Positions 37,161-49,563 are shown, counted from the stretch's first letter. The stretch: DNA of 64,000 nucleotides from Camelus ferus (GCF_009834535.1 NC_045707.1:40362001-40426000), one strand, 5' to 3'. Notes: generated by a model from the sequence alone, not told the origin. Program-made: numbers and translations.

Positions 37161-39587
37161 AAATGATCAAGTGGAGAAAGGGAAAGCTTCCCACAGGAGT
37201 TCTTAAAGATGCTATTCTTATTATCTAATTACATAATACATTTGTTTTGTTGGTAGCAAAAGTTTTAGAGAGGTAAGCACTAAAAATATGCAAACTGTTA
37301 TGCAGAAACCTCTTGAGATGTCCTTGTTTGAGATGACGTAAGTTCCCTGGAATGGTTGAGGATACAAGGAACACATTTTCCCCATGTGGATCAGTACAAA
37401 TCTCAAAGTAAGTCTTGGCTTTTTGATTCTGTTTTCATTGAAATTCCTTGATTTTAACAGCCAATTGCTCAGCCTTCTTGTAAAGCATTTTAGGACACAG
37501 GAATGATGGATTTAGGGAATTGTCAGAATGAAAACTGATGCTGTCATAGGTTTTCAGCAGTCAATCCCTATGAAGCAGTAAAAGCCATGCTCATGGCTTA
37601 GGTGTCAAAAACTCAAACCAATACTCTGCTGTGTGCCTCATAAACCTTAAAAGGCCTTTTACTAGCTTTAAATATGAACTTATAGTCTTATCATGCTCCT
37701 ATAGGATCCCCAAAGAAATCATAAATATAGTGAGCTGCCCCTCTATCTGCTAAGATTATCACAGGTCTTTCCCCTAGTTCTGGTCTTTTTAAGGTTCCCA
37801 GTGTTGTTTCTTATTCCCTCATGGCCCTGTCCACTATAGGAGAAGGGTCAGGTGGTCTCCTACAAGTCTAGTCAGTAGATATCTTCAGACTTGAGGTGAA
37901 AGGGAACAACCTGAACATGGGATTTTGGTTTGAAGAAATCTTCCCAACGCGTATTTCCAGTCTCATTCACAGCTTAGAGGTGGAAAAGAATTAAAAGATA
38001 AAGCAGTTCATGAGGAGATTAAATGAACTTAACTATAGAAAGTGAATAGCAAAATCCTGATTATAGTAAGTGCTCAACAAATGATAGCAATTAGCTATGA
38101 CTGCATCTATATCCTACCACTTAATCCAGTTAAAATCTGATTATGTGTCTTCCTCCCATTAGACAGGAGACTAGAGGTCAGAGGATTAACCTCCACAGCA
38201 CTAGAAATAAGCAAGTGTCTGAAATGCATTAGTCATTCAATTTATGCTTTTTGACCTAGACAGAGCACTGGCTTCTGGGTCCCACGCTATCTCTGAGTAG
38301 CTGTGAAACATTGGGTAACTTTGCTTAGCCTTACCAGGTCTCACTGTCCTCATTTGTAAGAGGAAGAGATTCGATTTTATGGTCTCTAAGGCCCTTTCCA
38401 ATTCTAACATTCCATGGCTCTACTAAAGCAATGCTATTAAGCTAAGGAAGATTATTAGAAACTATTGGAGCCAAATTCCATTTTTCTTTGTCTGTTCTGA
38501 CCAAATACTCTACAATGATGAATTAGCCAAGCTGATTTCCTAGCAATCCAAGCGATTGTTTTGCTGTTATTAAGATTCCACCCTAGTCTTTCAGAGTTTA
38601 TTCTAACTCAGAAAATATGGTGGAAGGTGGAGATGGATATGAACCAAATGTTACCCTGATCACTTTCCCCTCTCAGCTTCCTAACAGCCTATGTATAGCT
38701 CATAAAGGCCCATGGTCTCAGTTAGCAAATAATTATTTAACAGTTCAGTTAAACAATGGCTTAATTTAAAAAAATGGTTTAACTCAGTGAAGCAAATAAT
38801 TGTGTGTTTACTATGTGCCAGGTACTGGTTACATTCTTCAGATACAGATTAAATGAAAAAACAATCAAAATGTATGTTGACTGAAAAATGCTATCTGCAA
38901 GACTGATACTTACTCAGAGCCAAATTAAACATTTTCTTTTCCAGATAGACAGCTAGATGCAGAGATTCAAAGCCAAACCAGTTAATTTCTAAAATGAGTG
39001 AAATGTAGGAAATATATGTCTCCTACATTCCAGAGATCACAGATGTAAATAATTAGTACAGAGCCTAGAATTTTATAAATGTTATCTTCCTTCTCCATCT
39101 TGTTCAAGTTGTCACCTAGAAGTCATTCTGAATTCCTCTGCCGCTCACTCCCAGGTTGTCAAGTCTGTCTTATTAATACTGCTGTATGTTAGCTACTTCC
39201 CTACATTCCAACCTATAACAACCTTCAAGGTTCTACCGTCTCACTTCTTGCATTAATCTTCTGAATTTTTCCTGTCGCCAGTCTTGACTCCCATTAATCT
39301 GCTTTTCACATTGAGGCTGGAGTGTTTTTTTTTTTTAAGTTCAGATTTGTATATTCCAACTGCTTCAACCAGAGACAGTGAGGAAGGGACAGAGTCCACA
39401 AATAGAGAAATGGCATCAACAATTGGTGACTGAATGCATTTAGGATGGAGTGGCAAAATTTATGAAGAAGGGGACAAGAATGACTTACACTTTACAACTT
39501 CATTAAATAGATGGATGGTGTTGCCACCGGAAAAAAAAAAAAAAAAAAAAAGGAATGAAGGAGGAACAGATTTGGTGGGGATGATGG

Positions 39588-39685
39588 TGCAGGGAATGCC
39601 ATGGCTCACTGCACTTGATCCTCCAGCTGCTGGAAGTGTGGCTGCTGATGGCTCATGCTGATACTTTCCCAGGAACAGCCATCAT
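39588..39685 (+). mobile_element. LTR16-like 5' LTR fragment
   Basis: TGCAGGGAATGCCATGG..CCAGCTGCTGGAAGTGTGGCTGCTGATGGCTCA resembles the 5' portion of LTR16. Confidence 0.55.
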
Positions 39686-39689
39686 CAGT

Positions 39690-41681
39690 TGTTCCAGTGC
39701 CTCTCCCTCAGCTCACACTTATGCCTGCATGAGAGTTCCTTTGACTAAGTGATGGAGGAAGAAAAATGCCAAATTAGGTTCATGGTTGTGTCAACTTGGG
39801 TACAAGCCAAAAATGATTGCTGCTGCATCGCTCAGGAATAGCTCTAAAAGACAGTGGTGAAGAAAAATCCCCTCAGTGGGCAGAACTCCAGGTAGTGTAT
39901 TTGATTATCCAATTTCCATGGAAAGAGAAGTAGCTTGAGAAAATGTTATTTATGGATTAATTGACAGTGGTAAATAGCTTGTCTGGTTGGTCTGACACCT
40001 AGAAGAAAAATATCTGGAAGGTCCAGAACAAGTCTGGTGAAGAGGTATATGGACTGATTTATGAGAGTGAGCACAAAATGTGAATAATCTATACCGTACG
40101 TAAAAGCCCACCAGAAAGTATCCATGCTAGAAGAGGCACTGAACAGCCTAAGAGACAGAACAATTCAGCCAGTTGACTTCAGTTATTGGCCACTCCAGTG
40201 ATGGCATGATAGGCATGTGAATAGAGTAGCCACGGTGGGAGGTAAAGAACATATGCACAGGCTAACAGCGTGGGCTCACATGTCTCAGGCTGATCTCCTA
40301 CCATCACTGCTAAACGTTCAACCTCCCAACAACAAAGACCCAAGACGGCACCATCCCTTAAGGAAAACAGCCAGTCACCTGGTGGCAAGTCAGCTACACT
40401 GGACTCCTTACATCCTGGAATGAGCAACAATTCATTTTGACTAGAATTGACACATATTCCAAGTACAGGTTCACCTTTCCTGACCACAGAGCCTCAGTAA
40501 TCACCACTATCAGAGGGCTTAAAGAGTATATTTGATCCACCAACATAACACCATATTAGATAAAAAGACTCATTATACAGTAGAGGAAGTACAGCAGTGG
40601 TCACATGATCATGGGATCCACTGGTTCTTTAACAGACTGCACCACTTAGAAATTGCCAGCCTATACAGCAATGGAAGGTCTTTTGAAGGTGCAGCTGAGG
40701 TACAAGCTTGGAGATGATACCTGTAAGGATGGACTATCATCCTCTATGACATAGTGTCTACCCTAAATCAAAAATAATTATATGGTATGAAAATGAATAT
40801 ATGTATGTATATATATGACTGAAACATTATGCTGTACACCAGAAATTGACACAAGATTGTAAACTTACTATACTTTAATAAAATAATAATAATAATTACT
40901 ATTATATGGTACAATATTTCCAATACATAGAATATAAGATCCTGGAACCAAGACGTGGAAGAAGGAATGGGACCCCTCTGACTATCAATCCCGTTGACAC
41001 CCACCTCCACACCAGGAATTTGTGCTCTCCAACACTTCAATTTTAGTATCTTCAGGTCTAGATGAGTCTGTTACCAGAACAGAAAGCTCCCACCAGGGGA
41101 CGTAGTTTGAAACCCATTAAACTTTAAGTTATGGATGTTGCCTAATCTCTTCAGTCTACTTGTACCAAGAGAACTGCAGTCAAAGAAACGAATCAGCACA
41201 CTGTCAGGAATAATTATCCTGATTATAAAGAGGACGTAGAGATGCAGTTATAAAATGAGACAAGGAAGAATAGATTTGGCATATAGTAGATCCACTGGGG
41301 CATCTTTTGTAACTTCCTTACCCAGTTTTGTCGTTAAATGGATGTGGAGAGCAGCCAAAGCCTTAGAAGGACATGATGGCCAGAGAATCAGACACCTCAG
41401 AGAAGATGGTCTGAGTCACCCTTTCTGGGTAAGTCACCTAAACTAGCAAAAGTGCTAAGTGAGGGGAATCAGAATGGACAGTAGAGGAGGGAGACGGTGA
41501 GTGTCAGTTGTAGTGCCAAGACCAGCTAAAAAGCAGGAGAGTTTATAATTTCATCCAACTAATCTTCCTCTTTTAAGTTTCCCCAGGATAAAAGGCAAAA
41601 CAGAATCCTGGTAGGGGCTGATCCTATATGTTGAGAACTCATTAGCAGAAGTGAAAGGATCTGGTATCTCAAAAGGTAGAC
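39690..41681 (+). mobile_element. HERV16/ERVL-E-like internal remnant (RNaseH-integrase-dUTPase, PPT)
   Basis: Translates to QPVTWWQVSYTG..WNEQQFILTRIDTYSKY.. and THYTVEEVQQWSHDHGIHW (integrase). A dUTPase-like GIIYPDYKEDV lies at about 41208-41240, and a purine tract AAAAGGTAGAC precedes the LTR. Confidence 0.85.
40788..40900 (+). mobile_element. 113-bp L1 3' tail inserted in the ERV, 11-bp TSD
   Basis: ATTATATGGTA at 40777-40787 and 40901-40911; (AAT)n tail. Confidence 0.85.
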
Positions 41682-42098
41682 TGTATCTTGAGGTACCCAG
41701 ACCTCCCCTTCAGCACTGAGGCATTCATTCCTATATCTGACAGGAGCAATATCTGCTGATGGTCCATCGATTCATCTCTCTCTTGGAATTATCCTCTGCT
41801 TAAGAGTTTGCCTTAACCCTATATATTCTTCCCTGGGGCAATCTGCCTGCAAGGCAAGGACACAAAAGCCTTTCTTTATTCCCTGAATTTCAGACAGTTC
41901 TAAAGCTCTAGAACCCACTATGTGATCACCTGAAGCCTTTGTTGCAAATGCACTTGAGTTCAAATTCTCCTTTTACCCTCACTTCCTGCCTCCCTCACTT
42001 CCTCCCATGGGGACTGTCACCAAGAGCACTCCCCAATAACTTCCTGTATCTGAATCTCCATCTAAGAGTCTGTTCTCCAGGGAAACCAATTTAAGACA
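41682..42098 (+). mobile_element. LTR16C-like 3' LTR, TG...CA
   Basis: TGT..CCCAGACCTCCCCTTCAGCACTGAGGCATTCATTCC...GAAGCCTTTGTTGC...GAGCACTCCCCAATAA...GAGTCTGTTCTCCAGGGAAACCAATTTAAGACA. Confidence 0.85.
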
Positions 42099-43250
42099 GA
42101 TGATGAGTTTGGTTTAGGTTGAGGTTATTGTATGACACCCAAATGGAGACCTCAAGCAGGAGTCTGGATTCTGCATATTGAAACTCCAAGAAGATATTGG
42201 ACGTAAGAGGCAAATTCGGAAGATACCTGCAGAGAAGAGATAGGTGAAACTATGAAACTAGACAAGATTCCTCAGTGGGAGTGCACAGGGTGGCAAGAGT
42301 AGTGGCCTGAGAATAGAATCTGAGGAAAACTCTAGGAAGGGGAGAAGGGCTAAGAAAACCAAGAGAGAGAGTCTGATGGAGAAAAGGGCTGAGGGATGAA
42401 GGAATTTAAAGGTCATTGATGACTTTAGCAAGAGCCACTGAACTGGGGGGCTAGAAACATGTGTGATGAGCCAAGGAATGAATGGGAGGTGAGGAGGTGG
42501 CAAGGTGGGTACAGACCAGGGGTCAGAGATTCAAATATTCACTTGGGACAGATAGGTGAGGTAAATGAGTAAACTAAGACAGTTCATTTAATAATGGATG
42601 TCCAGACCTACATGTGCCAGGCGCTGTAACAGATACGGAGCTTTTCAGTAGTGATCTGAGGGAAAATAGACAAAGCAGTAAAAAGAATAATTTTTTAAAA
42701 ATTGAAGTACAGTCAGTTACAATGTGTCAGGTTCTGCTGTATAGTACAATGTCCCAGTCATGCATATACATACATATATTCGTTTTTATAAAAAAGAATA
42801 ATTTTGGAACTCTTTGAAAATGAATAAAATAAGACAGGGAAATGGGGCAAAAAGTAGCAAAGTGAATGGGGGGATCATGGAAGACTTCTCTGAAGAGATG
42901 ACATTTAAATGCGTCCCCGAATAATAACAAGTCAACCATGCAAATATTTGAGGAAAGAATATTGTAGGTCAAGGGAAAATAGTAAATGCCAAGACCCTGA
43001 AGCAGGAATGAGCTTGGGGTATTTGAGTGGCTGGGAACTGTCAGTAAGGAGAAGGGAACTGGACAGCCACTGCCTCCCCCCTTTTTTTGCATTTAGAAAT
43101 TTCTTTAATCTTACGTTAAAGGACATTAGAGGACAAAGAGGACAGTGGCTAGGAACTGTTAGCAAGGAGAAGGGAACTTTTAGCAAATGGAGCAGGAGAG
43201 TTAGTCAGGAAGCATTTTAAGTCAGGCTAGTTAGTCATGGTGAAGATCAA
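42099..43250 (-). mobile_element. L2 fragments (continuation of the L2 at about 39380-39587)
   Basis: GATGATGAGTTTGGTTT..GAGG..GACACCCAAATGGAGA continues GGAGGAACAGATTTGGTGGGG from the left side of the ERV. Confidence 0.7.
42695..42790 (-). mobile_element. 96-bp L1 3' tail, perfect 15-bp TSD
   Basis: AAAAAGAATAATTTT at 42680-42694 and 42791-42805. The reverse complement begins ATAAAAACGAATATATGTATGTATATGCATGACTGGGACATTG. Confidence 0.9.
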
Positions 43251-43890
43251 AATGACATACACCTTAGAAGTCAAGCATTCAGAAAGCCACAGGTCAAGCA
43301 CAAGAATACATTATGCTGGAGGTGACAGAAAGGGGTGGGGACAATGGCAGAGTAAGGAGTACTTGTCCAACCTACTGGCCAGCATCATCTCCTCAGCTCC
43401 ACTTAAGAATATGGCCTCAGTTTCCCAATCTTCCAATTTCAAAAAAAAAAAAAAAAGGAGAAATTCGGATTCTTAAATGAAATCTCCAGTGTCTAAATGA
43501 TGTCATTAAATTCCAATCTTGTTTTTTAAACATACGTGCATAGTCCAACACTGTGCCTGCAGTCAGCTGACAAATGTGAAGGCCAGACTTAGCCGGCAGG
43601 TTTCTAGTTTACAACCCCTGATTCTCAACACTGTTCTTCTAGACTTGGCTAAGACTGGAGAAAGACAGAAGCAGCCAGCAGGATGACATGGGGCAAAGGG
43701 AGGTTCAGTTTTGAATGAGACAGGTTTATAGTCTAAAGAGTAGCCAGAAGTGAGGAGGACAGGAAGGAACAGGAGGGAAAGAGGATGGCAGGTTTAATGA
43801 GACCTCAGAAGCAGCAGGAAGGGATCGGGTCTCAGAATTGGGTGGAAGGACTGACCTTGAATGGGAGGACAACTCCCCCATCTTCTAGAA

Positions 43891-44185
43891 CAGGGGTGGA
43901 CAAACCAACCCCCACAGGCCAAATGGGCTCACTGCTGAGTTTGTACAGACCCTAAAGCTAAGAACAGTCTTCACATCTTTAAATGGTTGAAAAATAATTA
44001 AAAAGAACAATATTTTGTGATATATGAAGATTACATGAAGTTCAAATTTCAGAACCATAAATAAAGTTTTCTCAGCACACAGCCATCTCCACATTCTCGA
44101 TGGCTGCTTTCTCGCTTCAGTCACAGAGCTGAGTATAATGGCCCACAAAGCCTAAAATATTTACTACCTGGTCATTTACAAAAGC
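43891..44185 (+). mobile_element. MER58B hAT MITE
   Basis: CAGGGGTGGACAAAC...TTTAAATGGTTGAAAAATAATTAAAAAGAACAATATTTTGTGA...GGCCCACAAAGCCTAAAATATTTACTACCTGG. Confidence 0.85.
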
Positions 44186-44633
44186 ATTTCTGTCCATTCT
44201 GCCCTCGTCAGGTCGCAGGCATGTGGACCGTGTGTGGAGCACACGTGAAGGGATGGCACACGCGCCCAAGCAGGCTGCAGTGACCCAGAGTGTCCTAAGG
44301 GAGGGCTCCCTGGAGGCTGATGGGCAGCAGTGAGTCCCCCACTAGATAACAGCAACAGTAGCAGGGAGGCCTCATTTGCAGGAAGGTGTGCAATGGGGTG
44401 TGTCAATCAGCGACGCAGACCCAAATGAAGGAAACATTCTTGTCCGCTTCTGCTCAGAAGGAAACCTCAGAAGGTGGGGAAAGTGAAATTCAAGTACTCC
44501 CTCTAGTTATTTGTACACCATAATGGAAAAAGAAAAAGAAAGGAGAGGAGGATGGGGCTGAGGGGAAGAGAATGTGAAGGGGAGGAAAGCAGAAAGGAAC
44601 TATGATCTCATTTCTTGGTAGACACCATCAAAA

Positions 44634-44750
44634 ACAGGGTTTCTCAAAGTGTTGCCTGAAGACCACAGGCATCAAATTCACTCAGGGATACTTCCAGGTG
44701 TACTGAATTAGAACTTCAAGGGTTGGGACAAGAATATGCATTTTTTAATA
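44634..44750 (+). mobile_element. MER5-family fragment
   Basis: CAGGGTTTCTCAAAGTGT...TACTGAATTAGAACTTC...TATGCATTTTTTAA. Confidence 0.6.
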
Positions 44751-44751
44751 G

Positions 44752-45100
44752 ACGTGTTTTATAATAAACTGCTAATATAGTAAGTAAAATGTTCCTTTAA
44801 GTTCTGTGAGCCATTCTAGCAAATTAATCAAATCCAAAGAGGGTGTTGTGGGAACCTCTGATTTATAGCCTGTGGGTTGGAAGCACAGGTAACAACCTGG
44901 ACTTGCAACTGGCATCTGAAATGGAGGACAGTCGGTAGAACTGAATCCTTAACCTGCGGACTCAGGACTCCGAGGCTATCTCCAGGTAGACAGTGTCAGA
45001 ATTGAGCTGAACTGTAGGATGTTCAGCTGGTTTGGAAAATTGCTTGGTGTGTTGGAAACAAATCCCCCACCCCGACTGGAATTGGGTGCAGAACTGTTAT
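44752..45100 (+). mobile_element. MER21-type LTR, 3' portion
   Basis: TTTATAATAAAC..GTTCTGTGAGCCATTCTAGCAAATTAATC..GTGGGAACCTCTGATTTATAGCC..GGCTATCTCCAGGTAGACAGTGTCAGAATTGAG. Confidence 0.85.
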
Positions 45101-47447
45101 AAAAAGTTAGACATACAGCTGTAAAATCCACTGACAGGGGAATGCAGCATGACGGCATTTTTAAAAGGCCTAGTCTATGTGGGGACAGTTACCATACAGT
45201 TTGGTGAGGGTGGGAATGAATGCAGGTAGAATGAGAAAAATAAGTTTTCTGATCAAACTAATTAAAGTAATCAAAGCAACTCAGATGTGCAGAAACCCGT
45301 CCAAAAAAAAAAAGAGTGAAATGATTTTAACCTTTTATTATGCATCCCGCTAGATTTTTCTCTTCTGAAAATCAACTCAAAACCATTTCATATATTTAAC
45401 AGCAAAAGAAAAAAATTAAAAATAAAAGTTCCCCAAAAGGATTTATTTTGCATTGCCTACTCAATTTCCACACTTGCAGAAATAACTTTCCAATTATTTC
45501 ATAACTACTGTGAGTTACTATGACGAAGGGTTGGGGAGGGGAAAGCAAATGTTTATTTCTGCTTCTGTGTAAACGTTATTGTGATACCCAAGAGGCAAAT
45601 TACATAATAATGCTCCTTTAAGTTGCTTAGAATTTCAGGATGACTTCATGGTCCAATAAAGTCCTGAAGCGTACTGTATCTCTGGTCATAGTGCATGACT
45701 TGCGCATGAAGTGACTAATTTGGGTTTCAAACACCCCGGAGGGGAAGTACAGTGTAGAAACAATACCATCTTCAGCTTCAGTGTAATTAACATTTTTTTA
45801 CTCAGTGAAGACTTGTTTTGTTCGATGGGGCAGCCAGATGTTTATAGACGACACAGCATACAAAGTGGTAGAAACCAGAGAACTGGCAAAGAGAAGGAGA
45901 GTCTACAATGATTGACAGGCTAAAAGAAATTAAAACTGGCCTTCCCAGTTTGATGAGCATGGGACTTCTTAATTGCACAATCCTGATTAGAATTTGACCT
46001 TAGCTGGGTAGCAGTTCTCAGAAAATCCTACCACAAAGTTGATGGTCAATAGTCAAAAGTACAAAGAAGGCATGTCCTGTTAGCTCAGATAACAGGTAAC
46101 CTCTGTGACTGGTTTGCTACATGGCAGGCACTGTGCTAAGAGCTTTACATGTGTCCCATTTATTTCTGTCACAATTCTGTGAGGTCAGTGCTGCTATTAT
46201 TATATCCGTTTTCTTTTAGGTAAGGAATCAGAAGTTTAGAGAATTCAAAAAACTTTTCCATGTTCATACTGGCTAATAATAGCAGAACTAGACTTTATAC
46301 TCAGATCTGTCTGATTCCAGGGCTGCTGCTTTAAATCACTAGACCAGGTGAAACCTTGGAAATTCTCTAAAATCCTCAAAAAAGTTAACATGAACCCAAA
46401 ATTCTGTTACCCAGAACTCTAGTAACTGTGACCTCTATGCATCTACCTTTGCAGTTCAGCACTGAGTATCCACCAAGCCTCTCAGGGGATATAAAAGTAC
46501 ATTGTCTGCACCTTTTAAAATCTCGTAAGTGTATTATGAAGATTAACTGCACAAACAAGTGGAAAATGATACAAAAGAGTTGTATGATCAAGAACTTAAG
46601 TCATAGTTGGCTTAATTAGTTCACACATTAACACACTACTCTATTTCAACACATAGACATGCTGGTCAAAATATAAGAAGAGAAAACCAAAAAGACATGG
46701 CTAAACTCCACATAAAAAAAAGAACAAACATTCCGGTGATCTTGAAATGGAACCATAACACTAAATAATAAACAGACCTACTGGGCTCTGGGTCTAGAAA
46801 CAGGTAACAGTGAGCAGAAGTTTGGCACCTGTGGGCTACTGGGGAGGAAAAGGCCCCACGTGAGATGAGGGACTAAAAGGAGACTTCCACTATAACAGCT
46901 GTTTGAAAAAATCTGCTGGTAACTTTGGTCTGTGCACTAAACTTATAGGACATTGGGGTCCAAGGGAAGAAAGAGGGCATAGACATAACTTCAATGTCAA
47001 AAAATTTAAACAGCCATCCAATTCTGGTGACAAGATAAGTGAAGCCTGCAATAACACCACAGCACGGAATCCCTGTACCATCATCACCAATCTACTTCCT
47101 TAAGATGGAGGCTGAGGAACAGATTGAAGCCATTGATAAAGAAGGGTGAATACAAACAGAGAGAGAAAAAGATGAAACACCCCCCCATTCAGAAGGAGCC
47201 TACAAATTAATATTTAAAAATACTTAAAGAAATCTAACGATGTACAAGACAGTTGTAGAAAATATTGTAGTTTGACTTCCTTAACCTCCTACTCCTAATT
47301 TCCCTTCAACTTTTCCATCCTCTACTTCAGAAGCTAGGAAACAGAGCTGGATCACTGGTGACATTCTTGAGCAGCTGCACAGACCTGTACTGCCTCCCAT
47401 GAAAACTCTTGCTATATGGAATAAAAATTTCTGTTCCATATATCCCC

Positions 47448-47480
47448 TGTGCGTGCGTGCGCGCGCACACACACACACAC
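47448..47480. repeat. Alternating purine-pyrimidine tract TG(TGCG)n(CG)n(CA)n
   Basis: Read directly: TGTGCGTGCGTGCGCGCGCACACACACACACAC. Confidence 0.9.
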
Positions 47481-48510
47481 TCAGCCTCCTCCATTATCTA
47501 CATCCTGCCCCAGAGTGGTACATTTGTTATAGTCAAGGAACCTACATTATCATCACCCATAATTTATATTTGACTTTACTCTTGGTGTTGCACATTCTAT
47601 TCTATTGTAGGTTTTGAAAATATATATGGCAGGTATACACCATTGTAGTGTCATACAGAATAATTTCAGTGCCCTGAAAATTCTGTGTGCTTCACCTATT
47701 AATACCTCTTTCCCCAACCTGTGGCAACCATTGACCTTTGACCTTTTTACTGTCTCCAAAGTTTAGTCCTTTATATAATGTCATGTAATTGGAATCATAT
47801 TTAGTCTTTTAAGATTGGCTTCTTTCATTTGGTAATATGTCTTTAAGTTTTCTCCATGTCTTTTCCTAGCTTGAGAGCTCATTTCTGTTTTNNNNNNNNN
47901 NNNNNNNNNNNNNNNNNNNNNNNNNNNNNNNNNNNNNNNNNNNNNNNNNNNNNNNNNNNNNNNNNNNNNNNNNNNNNNNNNNNNNNNNNNNNNNNNNNNN
48001 NNNNNNNNNNNNNNNNNNNNNNNNNNNNNNNNNNNNNNNNNNNNNNNNNNNTTGGGTCAGTACCAAGGCCAGATCATATGGTAAGAGTATTTTCAGTTTT
48101 GTAAGAAACTGCCAAACTGTCCCTCAAAGTGACAGTACCATTTTGTGTTCCTACCAATAAATGAGAGTTCCTCTTGCTCTATTTCCTTGCTAACATTTGA
48201 TGTTATCATTATTCTGGATTTTGGCCAGAATAGTTATGTAGTGACAGCTCATTGTTGTTTTAACTTGTATTTCTCTGATGATACACAGCATGGAGCATTT
48301 TTCGTATAGTTATTTGTTACCTTTACATCTTTGGTGAGATGTCTATTCAAGTCTTTTGCTCATTTTTCAATCAGGTTGTTTGTTTTATTACTGTGAGGTT
48401 TAAGAGTTCTTTGTACATTTTAGATAACAGTTTTTTTAATCAGATATGTCTTCTGCAAATACTGTCTCCCAGTCTGAGGCTTGAATTCTCATTCTCTTGA
48501 AAGATAGAAA
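47481..48510 (-). mobile_element. L1MC1-like 3' end containing a 160-nt N-run (47892-48051)
   Basis: CCCCAGAGTGGTACATTTGTTA..GAACCTACATT..CATACAGAATAATTTCAGTGCCCTGAAAAT..GGCCAGATCATATGGTAAGAGTAT. Confidence 0.85.
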
Positions 48511-49563
48511 TTTTATAAGTGGAAGATGTCATTGAAATTAAATACACATACACACAAAATGGATTATTAAACAACAGTATGGACATAGTAGACACAGTTG
48601 AAAACAGTACTGGAAAATTGGAAGACAAAGCTGAGCAAATCATCCAAAGTTAGAAAACATATAAATGCTCTTAAAATACATGAAATGAAGAGTGAGAAAC
48701 TCTAACAAATGTCTAACAAGAACTCAATAAGCAGAGAACTAGGGAAATGGACAAGAGGTGATCATCAAAATAATAATGGCTAAAAATTTCCTAGAACTGA
48801 AGACATAAAATACTCATCTCAACACACTGTGGGAACCTACAGAGTATCAAAGACAAAGAAAATATATTGAAAGATACAAAAGCCAAAAGATAGGTTTTCT
48901 ACAGATGAACGAATTCTACAATTAGACCTAGAGAAAACTTTCCATCAGCACTAAATTTGTCAGAAGACAATGAAATGTCTTTGAAGTGATGAGGAAAATG
49001 ATCTGAGAGAGTATAACTCTATACTTAGTTTAACTATCATTCAAGAGTATGGGTAAAAAAAGATGTTTTACATGTAAGGATAGAAAATTTACTAGTCACA
49101 TATCTTAATAGAAAGATTTACTAAAGGCTGTAATGCAGCAATAAGAAATCGAACTTAGAACGATGTAGGAAACAAGATACAGTTGTAAGCAAAAAACAAG
49201 AAATGACCACAAATCAATGATATATTGCTTATTGTGAAGGGAGAGGGGCAGGTGGGTGATAAATGATAAAAATCTAGTGGAATTTTTTTTTCAGAATTAA
49301 CACCTAATTTTTCTAACATTGTTTATTTAATAAATTATGTTCTTAATAGAACTAAAATATCATCATACATCAACTTCTTGTATATACAGTTCATTTGGGA
49401 CTTATTATTATCTTCCCGATGAGCTATTTGCCTTTAAGCAAACTAGTCTCATACTATTTTGATTATAGTAGCTGTATAATACATTTTAAAATCTGTATGA
49501 GGAACTTCACCTTTTAAAATTTTTTTCCAAATTTTTCTGGTCCTTTTTTATTTATGTTCTAAA

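Larger units (their letters stand above)
46660..49200 (+). mobile_element. HAL1/L1M ORF1-region remnant split by an L1MC insertion (about 46660-47330 and about 48520-49200)
   Basis: ORF1-like tracts GGAAAATTGGAAGACAAAGCTGAG, AAAATAATAATGGCTAAAAATTTCCTAGAACTGAAG and CCATCAGCAC..TGTCAGAAGACAATG. Confidence 0.55.

Noticed and set aside
41087-41105. Fourth CTCF-like motif CCACCAGGGGACG
   Set aside because: It is explained by the ERV dUTPase coding remnant (PPGD), so it was not counted with the unique-DNA motifs.
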